Below, piece by piece: positions 37,614 to 51,469 of a stretch of 64,000 bases of DNA. The translations under genes and the position numbers were made by a program. Below the pieces are notes generated by a model that was given only the letters and a program-made list of their open reading frames with translations, was not told the origin of the DNA and ran no database searches. The first letter of the stretch is position 1. Each line of letters begins with the position of its first letter. Origin of the DNA: Tubulanus polymorphus (Eukaryota > Animalia > Nemertea); contig NC_134032.1 in assembly GCF_964204645.1 (NCBI RefSeq), positions 15,674,275 to 15,738,274 of the forward strand, written 5' to 3'.

Positions 37614-39166
37614 TTTTCTTTCCAATTGTGGGATTCTATGTTACCTTTACAACGGGGCGCACAATGTTTCATCAATGGTTATTAAGTTGCAATCTTGCAG
37701 CCATTTTTGTCACGTGACGTGACGCCATATTGGATGCCGTACTAGTGATGATAAGTACGACTAGTTTCTATATCCCCATTTCCCAATTCAAACGGATCAC
37801 ATGACTATCGATTTAATGGATCATTCAATATTCAAATCGCACAACAGTCGCAACCGTTCTTAATTCAACCTTTACAACGGAAAGTGGTAAACCCCCCTTT
37901 TCACACTCAGTCACAATTATTTACTCTAAAATTCCTAAAAAGTAACGACCACCAAGATTTATTTATCAATAAAAAACACATTTCTTTCGAGATTATTTAG
38001 GGTAGACAGAGTATTTGAACACTTATTGATAAAAAATTCTTTAAAAAGCCTTCGACATCCGGCATCAGAGTCGGCAATTCCAAATCTTTTCTAATACGGT
38101 CGGGTGTTATTAACAAATTTTGGACCATGACAAATTTGACGGTAACATCACCATAAACTCCTAAATCTAATAGGTTTAAATGGATCATCGATTTCGTGGA
38201 TATACGATCGAGTGTGAATGGGGTACCGGCACTCACCAGATGGCGCAACGATTCATTTCCGTAGTGAAAATGAGTTCATATTCAATGCGATTTGAACTTG
38301 ATTTGAAGGCTTCTAATACCGAGTCACAAATATACATAAGATTTGCTTCTCATTATCAGTTTATGCTCAATAGACAGCACTGAAAATTGATTGACTTATC
38401 GGAAAAGTCGATTCGAATTTAGATGAAATGAAAAATGTAGGAGAAATTGATGTGCGGTAACCTGTGCCACTAACGACACCTGGGGAATCATCGCGGAAAC
38501 CTCGCTTGCCACAGTAACGGTGCCGTTACCCCCATTCAGATCGATTCGTCGTTTTCTTCAAAGTTCACGATACGATCATAATTACGAAAAGATTTAACCA
38601 TATTTCAAAACCTACATATATTGATTAATTGTGATTAAGTTTAGTAACTTTGTGCAGATTTTAAATCGAATTTCAATGATTTTTAAATCGGCCGCCATTT
38701 ATTAAACAGCCAAACGATGAGCCTAATTATCATATTTAAATGAGCTCTTAATGAATCTAACACTATATGCTAATTGGATAAAATTTTTATAGGGGGAATA
38801 ACCGGACCATTTTCGCATCGACGTTTTAAAATGTTCATTATAAAGCTAGATTGTTAATACCTCACGCGTTAGAGACAGCTAGGAGGAACTCGAAAGTAAC
38901 AAGGTCAAGGTCAAGGTCACGACGAGACAGACGGACGAACCGGAATCCCTTGCGCGCGCGCATGCGCGTTGCACTAATCTCGAGAAATCTCGCGCCGCTG
39001 GATACTAAAACAAACACCGATTTGATGTTCATTTAACCATAATGCATCTCTTCACTCTTCCAGCAACCATTAAAGAACCAAGGCTAACATAAGAAAAAAT
39101 GCCAGCATTCATAGCTGGTCACGCACACATCAAATCAAGTCTATTATTTTAGTATATATGACAATA

Positions 39167-39225
<59 letters not shown>

Positions 39226-39606
39226 GTATTTGCATGATTGGATTGTTAGAAGGATAAGTGCGTGAAGAGACAAAAATCGATTGGAACACTCTCTGATTGA
39301 TGACGTCATCAATCATCGCATCCTGTTTGCGTCGTGATATACGTTGACCGGTGACGTCACTTCCTGCGCCGCACACGTATCGCGAAGTAGCTTACGTATT
39401 TTCCGCGTTTTCTCGCGTCCATTTTGAGAAATCGTAGTTACACAGAAGAATCAGGATACGCACGACGCGCGCCTCTTTATTGTGGAGACTGGAATATATA
39501 TTATGCACTTCCGGGAAGTGTCGATGTTCGAAGACAAACTGTTGTTGTTTGAAGTCACACAGAATTTAAGGCAACGTTCTCTATGAATTCCATACAGCAG
39601 TTATAA

Positions 39607-42600
39607 CTACTTGCCGGTCATCATTCGAACGAATTCTAGAAGAAAAAAAAGAAATAAACTCATTATTTATTACGCGCACAGATTCTAAAAAAAGAAATAA
39701 CGATTATGATAAAGGATTGGACAAATACAATTAAAAGTTCGTCAAATGATCAGAAATGAACTTATCATTAGAAGTTTGATATGAAGTTTGTTTAAAGAGT
39801 ATTTTGGCTTTAAACTCTGTTCTAGAGAGGAGGACGTTACATCGACGGCGGTAATGAAAGAATTGAATGGAGGTTTCTATGTTTTGTGTTAAAGATTTGC
39901 TGTCATGGTAACCAAGGGTTTTAGAAGATCGAAAACAGCCTCAAGCATAAACAAAACATGGGCCATAAAACATACTGTATAATACATACTAATGTCTGTT
40001 TCAAATTGACTTGAGAGTACCTCAGTTGGCCTAGCTCAGTCAGTTTTGGTAGTACATACCTGATAAAAGTCTTATCAGGACCAGAAAGCATTGGCAGTTG
40101 ATCAAAAACATTGATTTTTGATCCGTTTGAAACTGTATTGAAGGATATCCAAAAAGTCTTCCCTGAAAGGGGTTAAATGAAGAGAAGTGACTCCATGATT
40201 TGAAAGTTTAAAAATATGTTTCCATTTCTACACACCAAACATCGGTTGGTAGGCATGGAAACATATTGTTAAACTTTCAAATCATGGAGTTACTTTTCTT
40301 TATTTAACTTCTTTCAGTGAAGACTTTTTAGAAATCCTTCAATACAGTTTAAAACGGATTAAAAATCAATAGTTAAGGTCAACTGCTAGTGTTTTCTGGT
40401 CCTCATGAGACTTCTATCAGGTATGTACCATCAAAACTGACCGAGCTAGGCCAACTGAGGTGCTTTCAAGTCAGGTTGAAATTTGTCTCCCCAACCGCAG
40501 CTGTGATAGGAGGGGGTTCACTGAGAACCTATTGCGACTGTTCTACTCTCGCTACAGCTGTGAGGGGGAGGGTTCACTGAGAACCTATTGCGATTGTTTT
40601 ACTCACTGCTCTCCCGCTACAGCTGTGAGGGGAGGGGGTTCATCGAGAACCTATTGCGTCTGTTCTACTCCCGCTACAGCTGTGAGGGGAGAGGGTTCAT
40701 CGAGAATTTATTGCGACTGTTCTACTCGCAGCTCTCCCACTACAGCTGTGAGGGGAGGGGGTTCATCGAGAACCTATTGTGACTGTTCTACTCGCTGCTC
40801 TCCCACTATAGCTGTGATAGGAGAGGTTCACCGTGAGCCTATATCGCGTCAGTTCTAGTCACTAGAGATCGATATAATGTTCGAATCAGCTACAATCAAT
40901 CATCGTCTCTCGTTTCAATCAAAAATAGAAAGTAACGACCGCTTAAAGAACAGACGAATTCAGCTTCTATTTCCGTAATAAACAACGTGCACACTCAGTA
41001 TTATTACTGTAGGCACTCGGGTATAGCGTTAATGAGGCGTTTATGTGAAAATTCAATGCAAATGGTCCCGATATAACGATATATCAATAGCAGTTTTATA
41101 GTCACACAAAAATTATATCGTTTTTTTCTGAATGAATCATAACGTGTTAGAAATATTGAGAGAGTTAACATCACAAGAGTCTGTGTTATAGAAACTGGAA
41201 TTACTAGAGAAAGTGTGCAACTGGGTCCAGAAACTAATTGAACCCACACAACTGTGCAACTGGGTCCAGAAACTAATTGAACCCACACAAGTGTGGAACT
41301 GGGTCCAGAAACTAATTGAACCCACACAACTGTGGAACTGGGTCCAGAAACTAATTGAACCCACACAACTGTGGAACTGGGTCCAGAATCTAATTGAACC
41401 CACACAACTGTGGAACTGGGTCCAGACACTAATTGACCCAACACAACTGTGGAACTGGATCCAGAAACTAATTGAACCCACACAACTGTGAGCTGGGTCC
41501 AGAATCTAATTGAACCCACACAACTGTGGAACTGGGTCCAGACACTAATTGACCCAACACAACTGTGGAACTGGATCCTGAGTCAAACTTAACCCACACA
41601 ACTGTGGAACTGGGTCCAGAAACTAATTGAACCCACACAACTGTGGAACTGAATCCTTAGTCAAAATCAACCGACGCAACTGTGTAACTGGGTCGAGAGA
41701 CAAATTAAACACACACAATTGTGGAACTGGATTCAGAGTCAAATTATACCCACACAACTGTGGAACTGTATCAATTATAAACTCACCTTCATAGTTAACC
41801 TGTCCGTCTCCATCAATATCAGCCGCTCTAATCATTTCATCCAACTCATCATCAGTCAGGTTTTCCCCTAATGACGTCATCAGATGACGTAACTCAGCGG
41901 CGCTGATGTAACCATTTCCGTCCTTATCGAACAACCTGTTTATGATCGAGATCACGAGATTACTATAAAAACAGTCGCCTTCTTATTCCATATGTTTCTA
42001 GTAACGTCCACTATAGACGCATTTGGTAAGGATAAGGATAGGGTTATATAGTGGAATTTGGGAAGCAAAACATTTGTCATATTTGAAATAAAAATTGCCC
42101 TTGAAAATTCCTTCAATTCCTAGCAATCCGGGGTCTGACTTTAAAACTGAAGTTATTAGCAGAGAATGTCTTGATAGAGCGGTTATTGTTACTCCACACC
42201 TCTGACTGAACACCTTCTATAAGTGCCAAACAAACTGCGCCAATCACAACTGGTCTATAGTCTAGTGGTGAGCGTAGCTGTTAGGCGCCCCACACAGGTT
42301 CGAAGTCAACTTTTTACCGAATAATTAAGTCACTTTTTTCGACATCAATTTGGATCCTTAAACGCATTACATGATACGATAATCATTTTGTATTTGTTGT
42401 GATTCGGTGAATAGATTATCTACACATGAGAGTAAGATAAAGCGCGCATTGTTAGTTATAACGGGTTAGTCACCACGCCGACCAGACGAACGTAGAAACT
42501 ACGCACAACTAGAGCGGGGGAACTAGGGTTAGGGTTACGAGCGAGCTAGGGGATATTCGTGGGTCGATCGTAGCGATCGGCGGTAGAACTAATTCCAACC

Positions 42601-45600
42601 ACGAGACGCAACTGGTCCCGATCCCATCTTCAGGCTTTTCTAGACTTAACACCAACCAGTCTAAGCCTCGACTGGGCCAGAACTTTGAAACTATAGGTTT
42701 CTTAAGGCATTATATCGAATATTAACGGTCTAACCTCATTATTTGAAAACATTATTTCCTCTAAATGAATATAGACTGATTTGTGTAGCCTTTTAAACAC
42801 ATACTTCACGTCTGATATATAATGCATGAAGTGGACTCTTGTGTATAACTCGAATTCATATAGGTTTAATTGAGAGAGAATGCACATGTCATTATTACCT
42901 GCTACAGTGTAGAATTAGAATCGCTTCCATAATAATATCGGTAATCATAGTTAATGTGTATATCATATAGCGGTAATACGATTGATACAGAAATAGAGTT
43001 TGAGAAATACTGCAGAATTTGGGCAGCTCAACTTCTATCCCGAGTTGGTACCAAATATTGAGTAAAAATTTGCGTAATACGTTTTTCCAATTGAATGTGT
43101 ATTGTTTGTAATTTAATTTTTAATCTTCTTTCCTCCTGTAGTTTGGATTTTTATTTTTTGGCGAAATAAAGACATATTGTTATTATTCTATCATCAAGAT
43201 GCTATCGTGGAGTTGGTCAAAAGAGTTTGTGAAATACAGTAGACTCTGTCTCTTACTGCGGTTAAGTTGAGACTAGTAAAATTCTACCCCGAGTTGGTGT
43301 CAAATGCTGAGTAAGAGTTTGTGAAATACAGTAGACTCTGTCTCTTACTGCGGTAAAGTTGAGACCGGTAAAATTCTACCCCGAGTAGGTGTTAAATGCC
43401 GAGTAAGAGTTTGTGAAATACAGTAGACTCTGTCTCTTACTGCGGTAAAGTTGAGACCGGTAAAATTCTACCCCGAGTTGGTGTCAAATATTGAGTAAGA
43501 GTTTGTGAAATACAGTAGACTCTGTCTCTTACTGCGGTAAAGTTGAAACCGGTAAAATTCTACCCCGAGTTGGTGTCAAATACTGAGTAAGATTTTGTGA
43601 AATACAGTAGACTCTGTCTCTTACTGCGGTAAAGTTGAAACCGGTAAAATTCTACCCCGAGTTGGTGTCAAATACTGAGTAAGAGTTTGTGAAATACAGT
43701 AGACTCTGTTTCTTACTGCGGTAAAGTTAAGACCGGTAAAATTCTACCCCGAGTTGGTGTCAAATACTGAGTAAGAGTTTGTGAAATACAGTAGACTCTG
43801 TCTCTTACTGCGGTAAAGTTAAGACCGGTAAAATTCTACCTCGAGTAGGTGTTAAATACTGAGTAAGAGTTTGTGAAATACAGTAGACTATGTCTCTTAC
43901 TGCGGTAAAGTTGAGACCGGTAAAATTCTACCTCGAGTAGGTGTTAAATACTGAGTAAGAGTTTGTGAAATACAGTAGACTATGTCTCTTACTGCGGTAA
44001 AGTTGAGACCGGTAAAATTCTACCCCGAGTTGGTGTCAAATATTGAGTAAGAGTTTGTGAAATACAGTAGACTCTGTCTCTTACTGCGGTAAAGTTGAGA
44101 CCGGTAAAATTCGGACCCCAAACAGGTGCACTCGGTTAGACCCCAATCGGGATGAACTAACCTGAAAGCTTCCTTTATCTCTTCCTCTCGGTTGCATTCT
44201 TTCTCTTTCCGTACCATCATTTTGAGGAATTCGTCGAAGTCAATTGTGCCGCTATCTAAAAGTACAAACAAAGTCAACGATCCTAGGATTAATGAAACTC
44301 GAATCCACGGCGTCAACCAGATCAATTTTATCAATGTTATAAGTTTATTTCGGGCGCCGCGCGAGGTTTTCGACGCTTTATCGTTAACCCGTTCAGATTC
44401 GTCCCGAAAGATATCATTCACCGTCCGGTGGCTCCCCCTAAGATCGTTAATATATCCAGATTGATTTTGAATCAGTCGCCGCTGCCGAGGTTTTATCGAA
44501 GACATATTATCATCCGGTTTGAAGCGCGCGCTGATTTTCACAAAAGTCTCAAAACGCTAATTTATTATCGGCGGTTCTTAATACGCAGTTTTCATCGCAC
44601 GCACTTCCGTATCCGGTATAGAATAAATCTCGCGAGACTTCGCGTTATTCCCGCGCCATTGCGGTGATCACGGGATTTGGTGGTTTAGTGGAGGGTGATT
44701 ATAACAGCCGTCCGGACCGAGCAGACGACCGTGATGCTCAGTGCGCCTGTGCTGATGGTTACTACACTGTAACACTGTATTCCCCTCCGCGATTTGCTGC
44801 GAGTTTTCATTCGGCCTTCACACCGCGTATCGCATCATCACGTGATACGTTAACGCAATAGATCGCTAGCTTTTTCTCTTTTTTCAAATGATCAATGATT
44901 AAAGCCGTTATTTTTCAAATTTATTTGTATTTATGAAATAGTGCCGTATTTTATACAATATGTCTGTACTTTTTTCTCTGAAGACAAATACAGCTTAAAC
45001 CAAACAATACAGATTGAGGCTCAAAAATAGAGATGACTTCAGTAATGTGACAACTTATCCAAATGATGACTTACACTTAGTAAATTGAATTAGAAATATA
45101 AATTTAGACTCAAAAATAGATATGACTTCAGTAATGTGACGACTTTATCCAAATGATGACTTACACTTAGTAAATTGAATTAGAAATACAAATTGAGACT
45201 CAAAAATAGAGATGACTTCAGTAATGTGACGACTTTATCCAAATGATGACTTACACTTAGTGAATTGGATTAGAAATATAAATTGAGACTCAAAAATAGA
45301 GATGACTTCAGTAATATGACGACTTATCCAAATGATGACTTACACTTAGTGAATTGGATTAGAAATATAAATTGAGACTCAAAAATAGATATGACTTCAG
45401 TAATGTGACGACTTTATCCAAATGATGACTTACATTTTAAATTGAATTAGAAATACAAAATTGGCAGTGGGATGTTGACGCGTTTGAGTACATGCTATGA
45501 TAATCTGTTCATCATTCTCGATAACAATCTGTCAAACAAAATATCATCCGATATAAATTATTCAAATCATGATCACCACCTTCGCGCATGCGTCACTGAG

Positions 45601-48600
45601 CAATTATATCAGTTAGACCCTAGCCTACCGCGCAACACATTTACCAGTATATTCCGTATATAGATCTATAATTCATTGAATTCGCTTTATCCAAATCGGC
45701 CTGGTGGCGATTACCAGAACACGAAATGTCACAATAAATAGCCTATTACATCGTGTTAGTATTTATAATCGATGAAACCATTGATGAAACGTTTTACGTT
45801 CATTTTGTAAAAGATTATACAAAATCCAACGCTGAAAGTAAAAAGTTTCAGAAACGCAGGCGATGTTTCCCTGAGCTTGTACGTAGTTTATTCGACTCAG
45901 ATTAGTGAGTCTTCGGGAATAGTACGATAACCTGTACACTCAAAAGTGGTGAATGGATAATAAGATAAAAGCCCACAATGAACGAATTTAAAAAATTCTA
46001 AACTCGAGAATTTATCTCTAATATGTAAAAAACCACGACGTTTCGATCTCACACTAGATATCATCGTCAGGTGTGAGATATAGACTAAAAGCAGGGGTAT
46101 ATATACAGAGGAGGACAGGTTAATTGAGTAAATTGATGAGTAAGTAAGTAATTAGTGTTTGGCAAGGCCTCCTCCGTATATAAAAACGTGGTGAACGGAT
46201 AATAAGATAAAAATCTACTATGTACAAATTAAAAGAATCAAAATCGGGAATTTATTATTTCAAAAAATCTCTAAAAGATACCGCGACGTTTGGATCTCAA
46301 CCTTGAGATTATCGACAGGTGTGAGATGGTGACTTAAAACGGACGGGAAGAATATGAGGCTATTGTGTAAATTAGCGAGTGAGTAAGTAATTAGTGTTTG
46401 GCAAGGCCTCCTTAGTAAATTATTGACTCATTTAAGAGAACATCGAACGCGGAAATGAGGCCGACTTTCTACTAGCGACACCTGGTGGATCCGAACGCGG
46501 AAATAAGACCGTCTATCTACTAGCGGCACCTGGCGGATCCTCGCCTGCCATACGTGGAATCCTCAATTGCCACACTGCGGGTATCCCATTTACTGATGCG
46601 TCCATGTTTTATCATACCAACCAACGAAAATCGATTACCAAACCTTCTTCCCACTCGAAACAGGCGACGTAACTTAATACAAGAAATTAATTCTCACATC
46701 CCGGAAGAAGAATTAGACTTCGTATACCGGTCACGGGACTCATATACTTATGTCGTATATTGAATGTTTTAGAGACTCATATACGTATGTCGTATATTGA
46801 ATGTCTTATATCCATCGACCGCTGGGTGTTATCACACAGTAAGTGGCGGAACGCTTACAATTGAAATACTCACTGATAACCATATTTACATTGTACTCGT
46901 GTAGTGAAGTTATTTTTGAAGTGTTTGAATTTAAGCGATACCGCCTGTATCTGAACTGTATCCAAACTGTATCCTAACTGTATCTAGATAGTATCTTAAC
47001 TGTATCCATGGAATACAGTATTCCTGAAGATGACTATTAGGATAAAGTCGAAACGTTGAATAAACTACACTAGCTCAAGGAATACAGTATTCCTGAAGAT
47101 GACTATTAGGATAAAGTCGAAACGTTGAATAAACTACACTAGCTCAAGGAATACAGTATTCCTGAAGATGACTATTAGGATATAGTCGAAACGTTGAATA
47201 AACTACATTAGCTCAAGGAATACAGTATTCCTGAAGATGACTATTAGGATAAAGTCGAAACGTTGAATAAACTACACTAGCTCAAGGAATACAGTATTCC
47301 TGAAGATGACTATTAGGATAAAGTCGAAACGTTGAATAAACTACACTAGCTCAAGGAATACAGTATTCCTGAAGATGACTATTAGGATAAAGTCGAAACG
47401 TTGAATAAACTACACTAGCTCAAGGAATACAGTATTCCTGAAGATGACTATTAGGATAAAGTCGAAACGTTGAATAAACTACACTAGCTCAAGGAATACA
47501 GTATTCCTGAAGATGACTATTAGGATTTAGTCGAAACGTTGAATAAACTACACTAGCTCAAGGAATACAGTATTCCTGAAGATGACTATTAGGATTTAGT
47601 CGAAACGTTGAATAAACTACACTAGCTCAAGGAATACAGTATTCCTGAAGATGACTATTAGGATTTAGTCGCAACGTTGAATAAACTACACTAGCTCAAG
47701 GAATACAGTATTCCTGAAGATGACTATTAGGATAAAGTCGAAACGTTGAATAAACTACACTAGCTCAAGGAAACATTTCAGACTCTTTTTATTCTTAGTG
47801 CGCAAGGATTTTCGACATCGTTTTTACAACACGGATTCAGAGAGTGTTTCATCATCGTCATTTCCTTCCCCAAATATCACAGAGATTTAAAAAAAAAACC
47901 AAAACGCATCTTAAAAATCGAAAAGAATTTTCAGTTTTCAGTTGCTCACGATAAATAAATCTTACCATCTTCGTCGACCTCATTTATCATGTCCTGTAAT
48001 TCACCTTCGGTCGGATTCTGACCTAATGACCTCATTACTGTACCCAATTCTTTAGTCGTTATCGATCCGTCGCCATCTTTATCGAACAGCGAGAAAGCTT
48101 CTCTGTATTCTGTGAAATAGAAAAACTGAAATATCAAAATCGAGGGTTCGTTACAACTACACATACGCCATCTGCCGTCGTGTAGGCACATTATGTGTTT
48201 TTATCTTAAAATACGGATTGACCGGGTGATTGACCCCCATTATTCATTTGATTGGTAGATTTCGTTTGATTTATTTTGATTTGGTGTCCCTTTACAAACC
48301 ACACCTGCCGGGAACGAAACAGGGGGTTAGATGTAGAAATCGAAGTACAGATAACGGATGGACGGACACATTGTGTTCATCACTAGGAGACTCAGAAACT
48401 GATGTCGTTCAGTCGTTTCTAAACGAAACAGCATCATTTACAAATTACAATCACTAGTTCTGTACCCTGTTCCACAGTTCAGTTCCACAGTTCAGTTCCA
48501 CAGTTCAGTTCCACAATTCTGTACCCAGTTCCACAGTTCAGTTCCACAATTCTGTACCCTGTTCTTCAGTTCAGTTCCACAGTTCAGTTCCACAATTCTG

Positions 48601-50530
48601 TACCCAGTTCCACAGTTCAGTTCCACAATTCTGTACCCTGTTCCACAGTTCAGTTCCACAATTCTGTACCCAGTTCCACAGTTCAGTTCCACAATTCTGT
48701 ACCCTGTTCCACAGTTCAGTTCCACAATTCTGTACCCAGTTCCACAGTTCTGTTCCACAATTCTGTACCCTGTTCCACAGTTCAGTTCCACAATTCTGTA
48801 CCCTGTTCCACAGTTCAGTTCCACAATTCTGTACCCAGTTCCACAGTTTACTGATTTGAGTAAAAACCTCAGTTCAAGTTAGAACTAGTTTATGAAGCCG
48901 CCCCTGGGAAGCGGTTTCCAATTTTAATGTTGTTGCACTGTCTGTGTACAGCCTACATCGGCAAGCGAGGGATATATATCAGACGGAGTGATTTGTATGC
49001 AGCGGGTGGCTCCGAATATTAATCTCCCGGGCCGAACTACGCACGCTTTTTCGCTCGTTTTCGATGAATATTAATCCGCCGCGATGGCGGTGCACGCCAG
49101 TCTCTCTCCGCACCGACAAATAGCATGACGTCATTCGCACTAACGTATATAATCTGACGTAAACGTGACGTCACAACAAGACTAAGCAATAGATAAAAGG
49201 CAATTACTTTGGGCGAAGTCGATGAATGAGTCCGGGGATGCTCGCCTGGGAATAGGGCCTATACGCCATGGCCCGGTAAGCCCGCGTCACCCAAGGCTCA
49301 ACATGCATGGACCAGGCCCCAGTCCGCCCCATAAGGCGATAACTATTCCTTTTCCCACACCCTGGCAGCAAACTCCTGCACCGCCCGAGATTTCTAGGGC
49401 GGACTGATTGCCGCTAAGTGGGCATGTGAGGCGGAGAGGGGACGTGGGGCGGAGAGGGGATGTGGGGCGGAGAGGGGAGTGAGATGTGGGGTGGAGAGGG
49501 GATGTGGCATGTGAGGTGGAGAGGGAGAGGGATGTGGGGCGGAGAGGGGATGTGGGGCGGAGAGGGGAGTGAGATGTGGGGCGGAGAGGGGATGTGGGGC
49601 GGAGAGGGGAGTGAGATGTGGGGTGAAGAGGGGATGTGGGACGGAGAGGGGATGTGGCATGTGAGGTGGAGAGGGAGAGGGGATGTGGGGTGGAGAGGGG
49701 AGTGAGATGTGGGGTGAAGAGGGGATGTGGGACGGAGAGGGGATGTGGCATGTGAGGTGGAGAGGGAGAGGGGATGTGGGGTGGAGAGGGGAGTGAGATC
49801 ATCCGGCGATATCGTTGATTATATATACACAATGTTGTTAGATACCAGTAACAACTGAATCCGATAATCCAATCAGCACTCTCGTGCATTCTCGTCGTTC
49901 TCAGGCCAAGTCTCGCGAGATTTCAAATTGGTGATTTTTCAACGCGCGTTACAGCAATTATATCACGTGGTATAAACCCGATAGTAAAACAGGCTCTACG
50001 CGCATGCGCATTGATCGTGATTATTCTTTGACCATTAGCTGTAAGGGGATGTGGGAGGGGCTGTTCGTCCTTGGCTCGGATTGTGGGAAGGGAACCCTTC
50101 AAATCATTAAGTACTCACCGGCTATTTCCTCTTCTGAGAAATTCGGAGTTGTAGCCATCGTTTGGTCATTGCGTCGATTACTCTGAAATATATAGAAAGA
50201 TGTTTCGTGTTAAATCATCAGTGTTTGTCTCGCAGTGGCAAGCGAGGAACCGCTAGGGCGGCGCTAGTGTCGTTTTTATGGCGTGAATGGCTTCGATGAA
50301 TCATGATTTTTATGTGAAATCGCGGGTTATAATTTCTCAAGGTCAGTTAGCAGCGCGGCAGTGTAGTTGCAGCTGTATAACGAGACCGAAAACGGCAATG
50401 AGTAATGGCACCACGCGTCGCTCCATCTCGATCGGGGCTGCTGTAAACAGCGCCGATCTCTTACAAACTACTGCTGCTGCTGCTACCGAGCAGATACAGA
50501 GACAGTGAATGCATTCTCCTCTCCCTCTCA

Positions 50531-50571
<41 letters not shown>

Positions 50572-51430
50572 TGTCTGTCTGTCCCTGTCCCTGTCCCTCT
50601 GTCCATATCCATGTCCCTCTATCCGTGTCCATGTCCCTCAGTCCGTGTCCCTGTCCGTATCCCTGTTCCTATGTCCCTCTCTGTCTGTTACTGGCTTACT
50701 AATGTAATGATTGCTGGTTACTTTGGTGTCTATCGGGGTTAACTCTATCTATTTAAACTGGATCAAAGTTAATCAACTAACTTTCTAGAAACTAGTGTTT
50801 AATACGTCCATGCTCTGACCAACACTGTTGGGAACCTACAGCGACTGTACCATCCTCGCTTGCCAGGGTTTGTTTGCCTCCCGCCGAAGATCACGCCGAC
50901 ACAAACTCTGGCCGCAAACCCCAAACCCTCCAGTGATTTATTACATTGCTGAAGATTTCTTTAGAGCGCAGGTTTCTGTATCCATGGTCCTCCATCCTCC
51001 CTTCGGTCTCCCAGCTCGTAGTCACGTCTGAAGCTAGAAAAAACCTCCGAACTGAATAAGTGACGAACCGCAATTGGGCCATCCCGAAATGAAGTTATGT
51101 TAAAGAAGACTTCCGTAACGCAAACAGGCCCCGCTTTCAAATCGAAGGTGACATTATAGTCTAGGGTAGAACCGTTGACTTTTAGGGGACCCCAGGGCCC
51201 CTGCTCCCTGTTCCTCGACCCAGGGCCCCTGTTCCTTGTCTCTGATCAATCCGTACATTGCTGTAACTGTAGCTTTGCGCGGCAGCCTCACTCTCGCCTG
51301 CCACAGCTAGCTCATCGTTTGCGCATTTACATATGAATCGACTCGACGCCAGACGGACATGCTGCTGAGTTATGAATTCAGACATGTTTTGTGATCATCC
51401 TTCTCTTCGAACTAACGGCTTTTTTGAATA

Positions 51431-51469
<39 letters not shown>

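Noticed and set aside
50851-50925. HDV-like ribozyme suggested by the TCCTCGC loop motif
   Set aside because: Could not build P1, P2 or P1.1 pairings; kept as an unclassified repeat.
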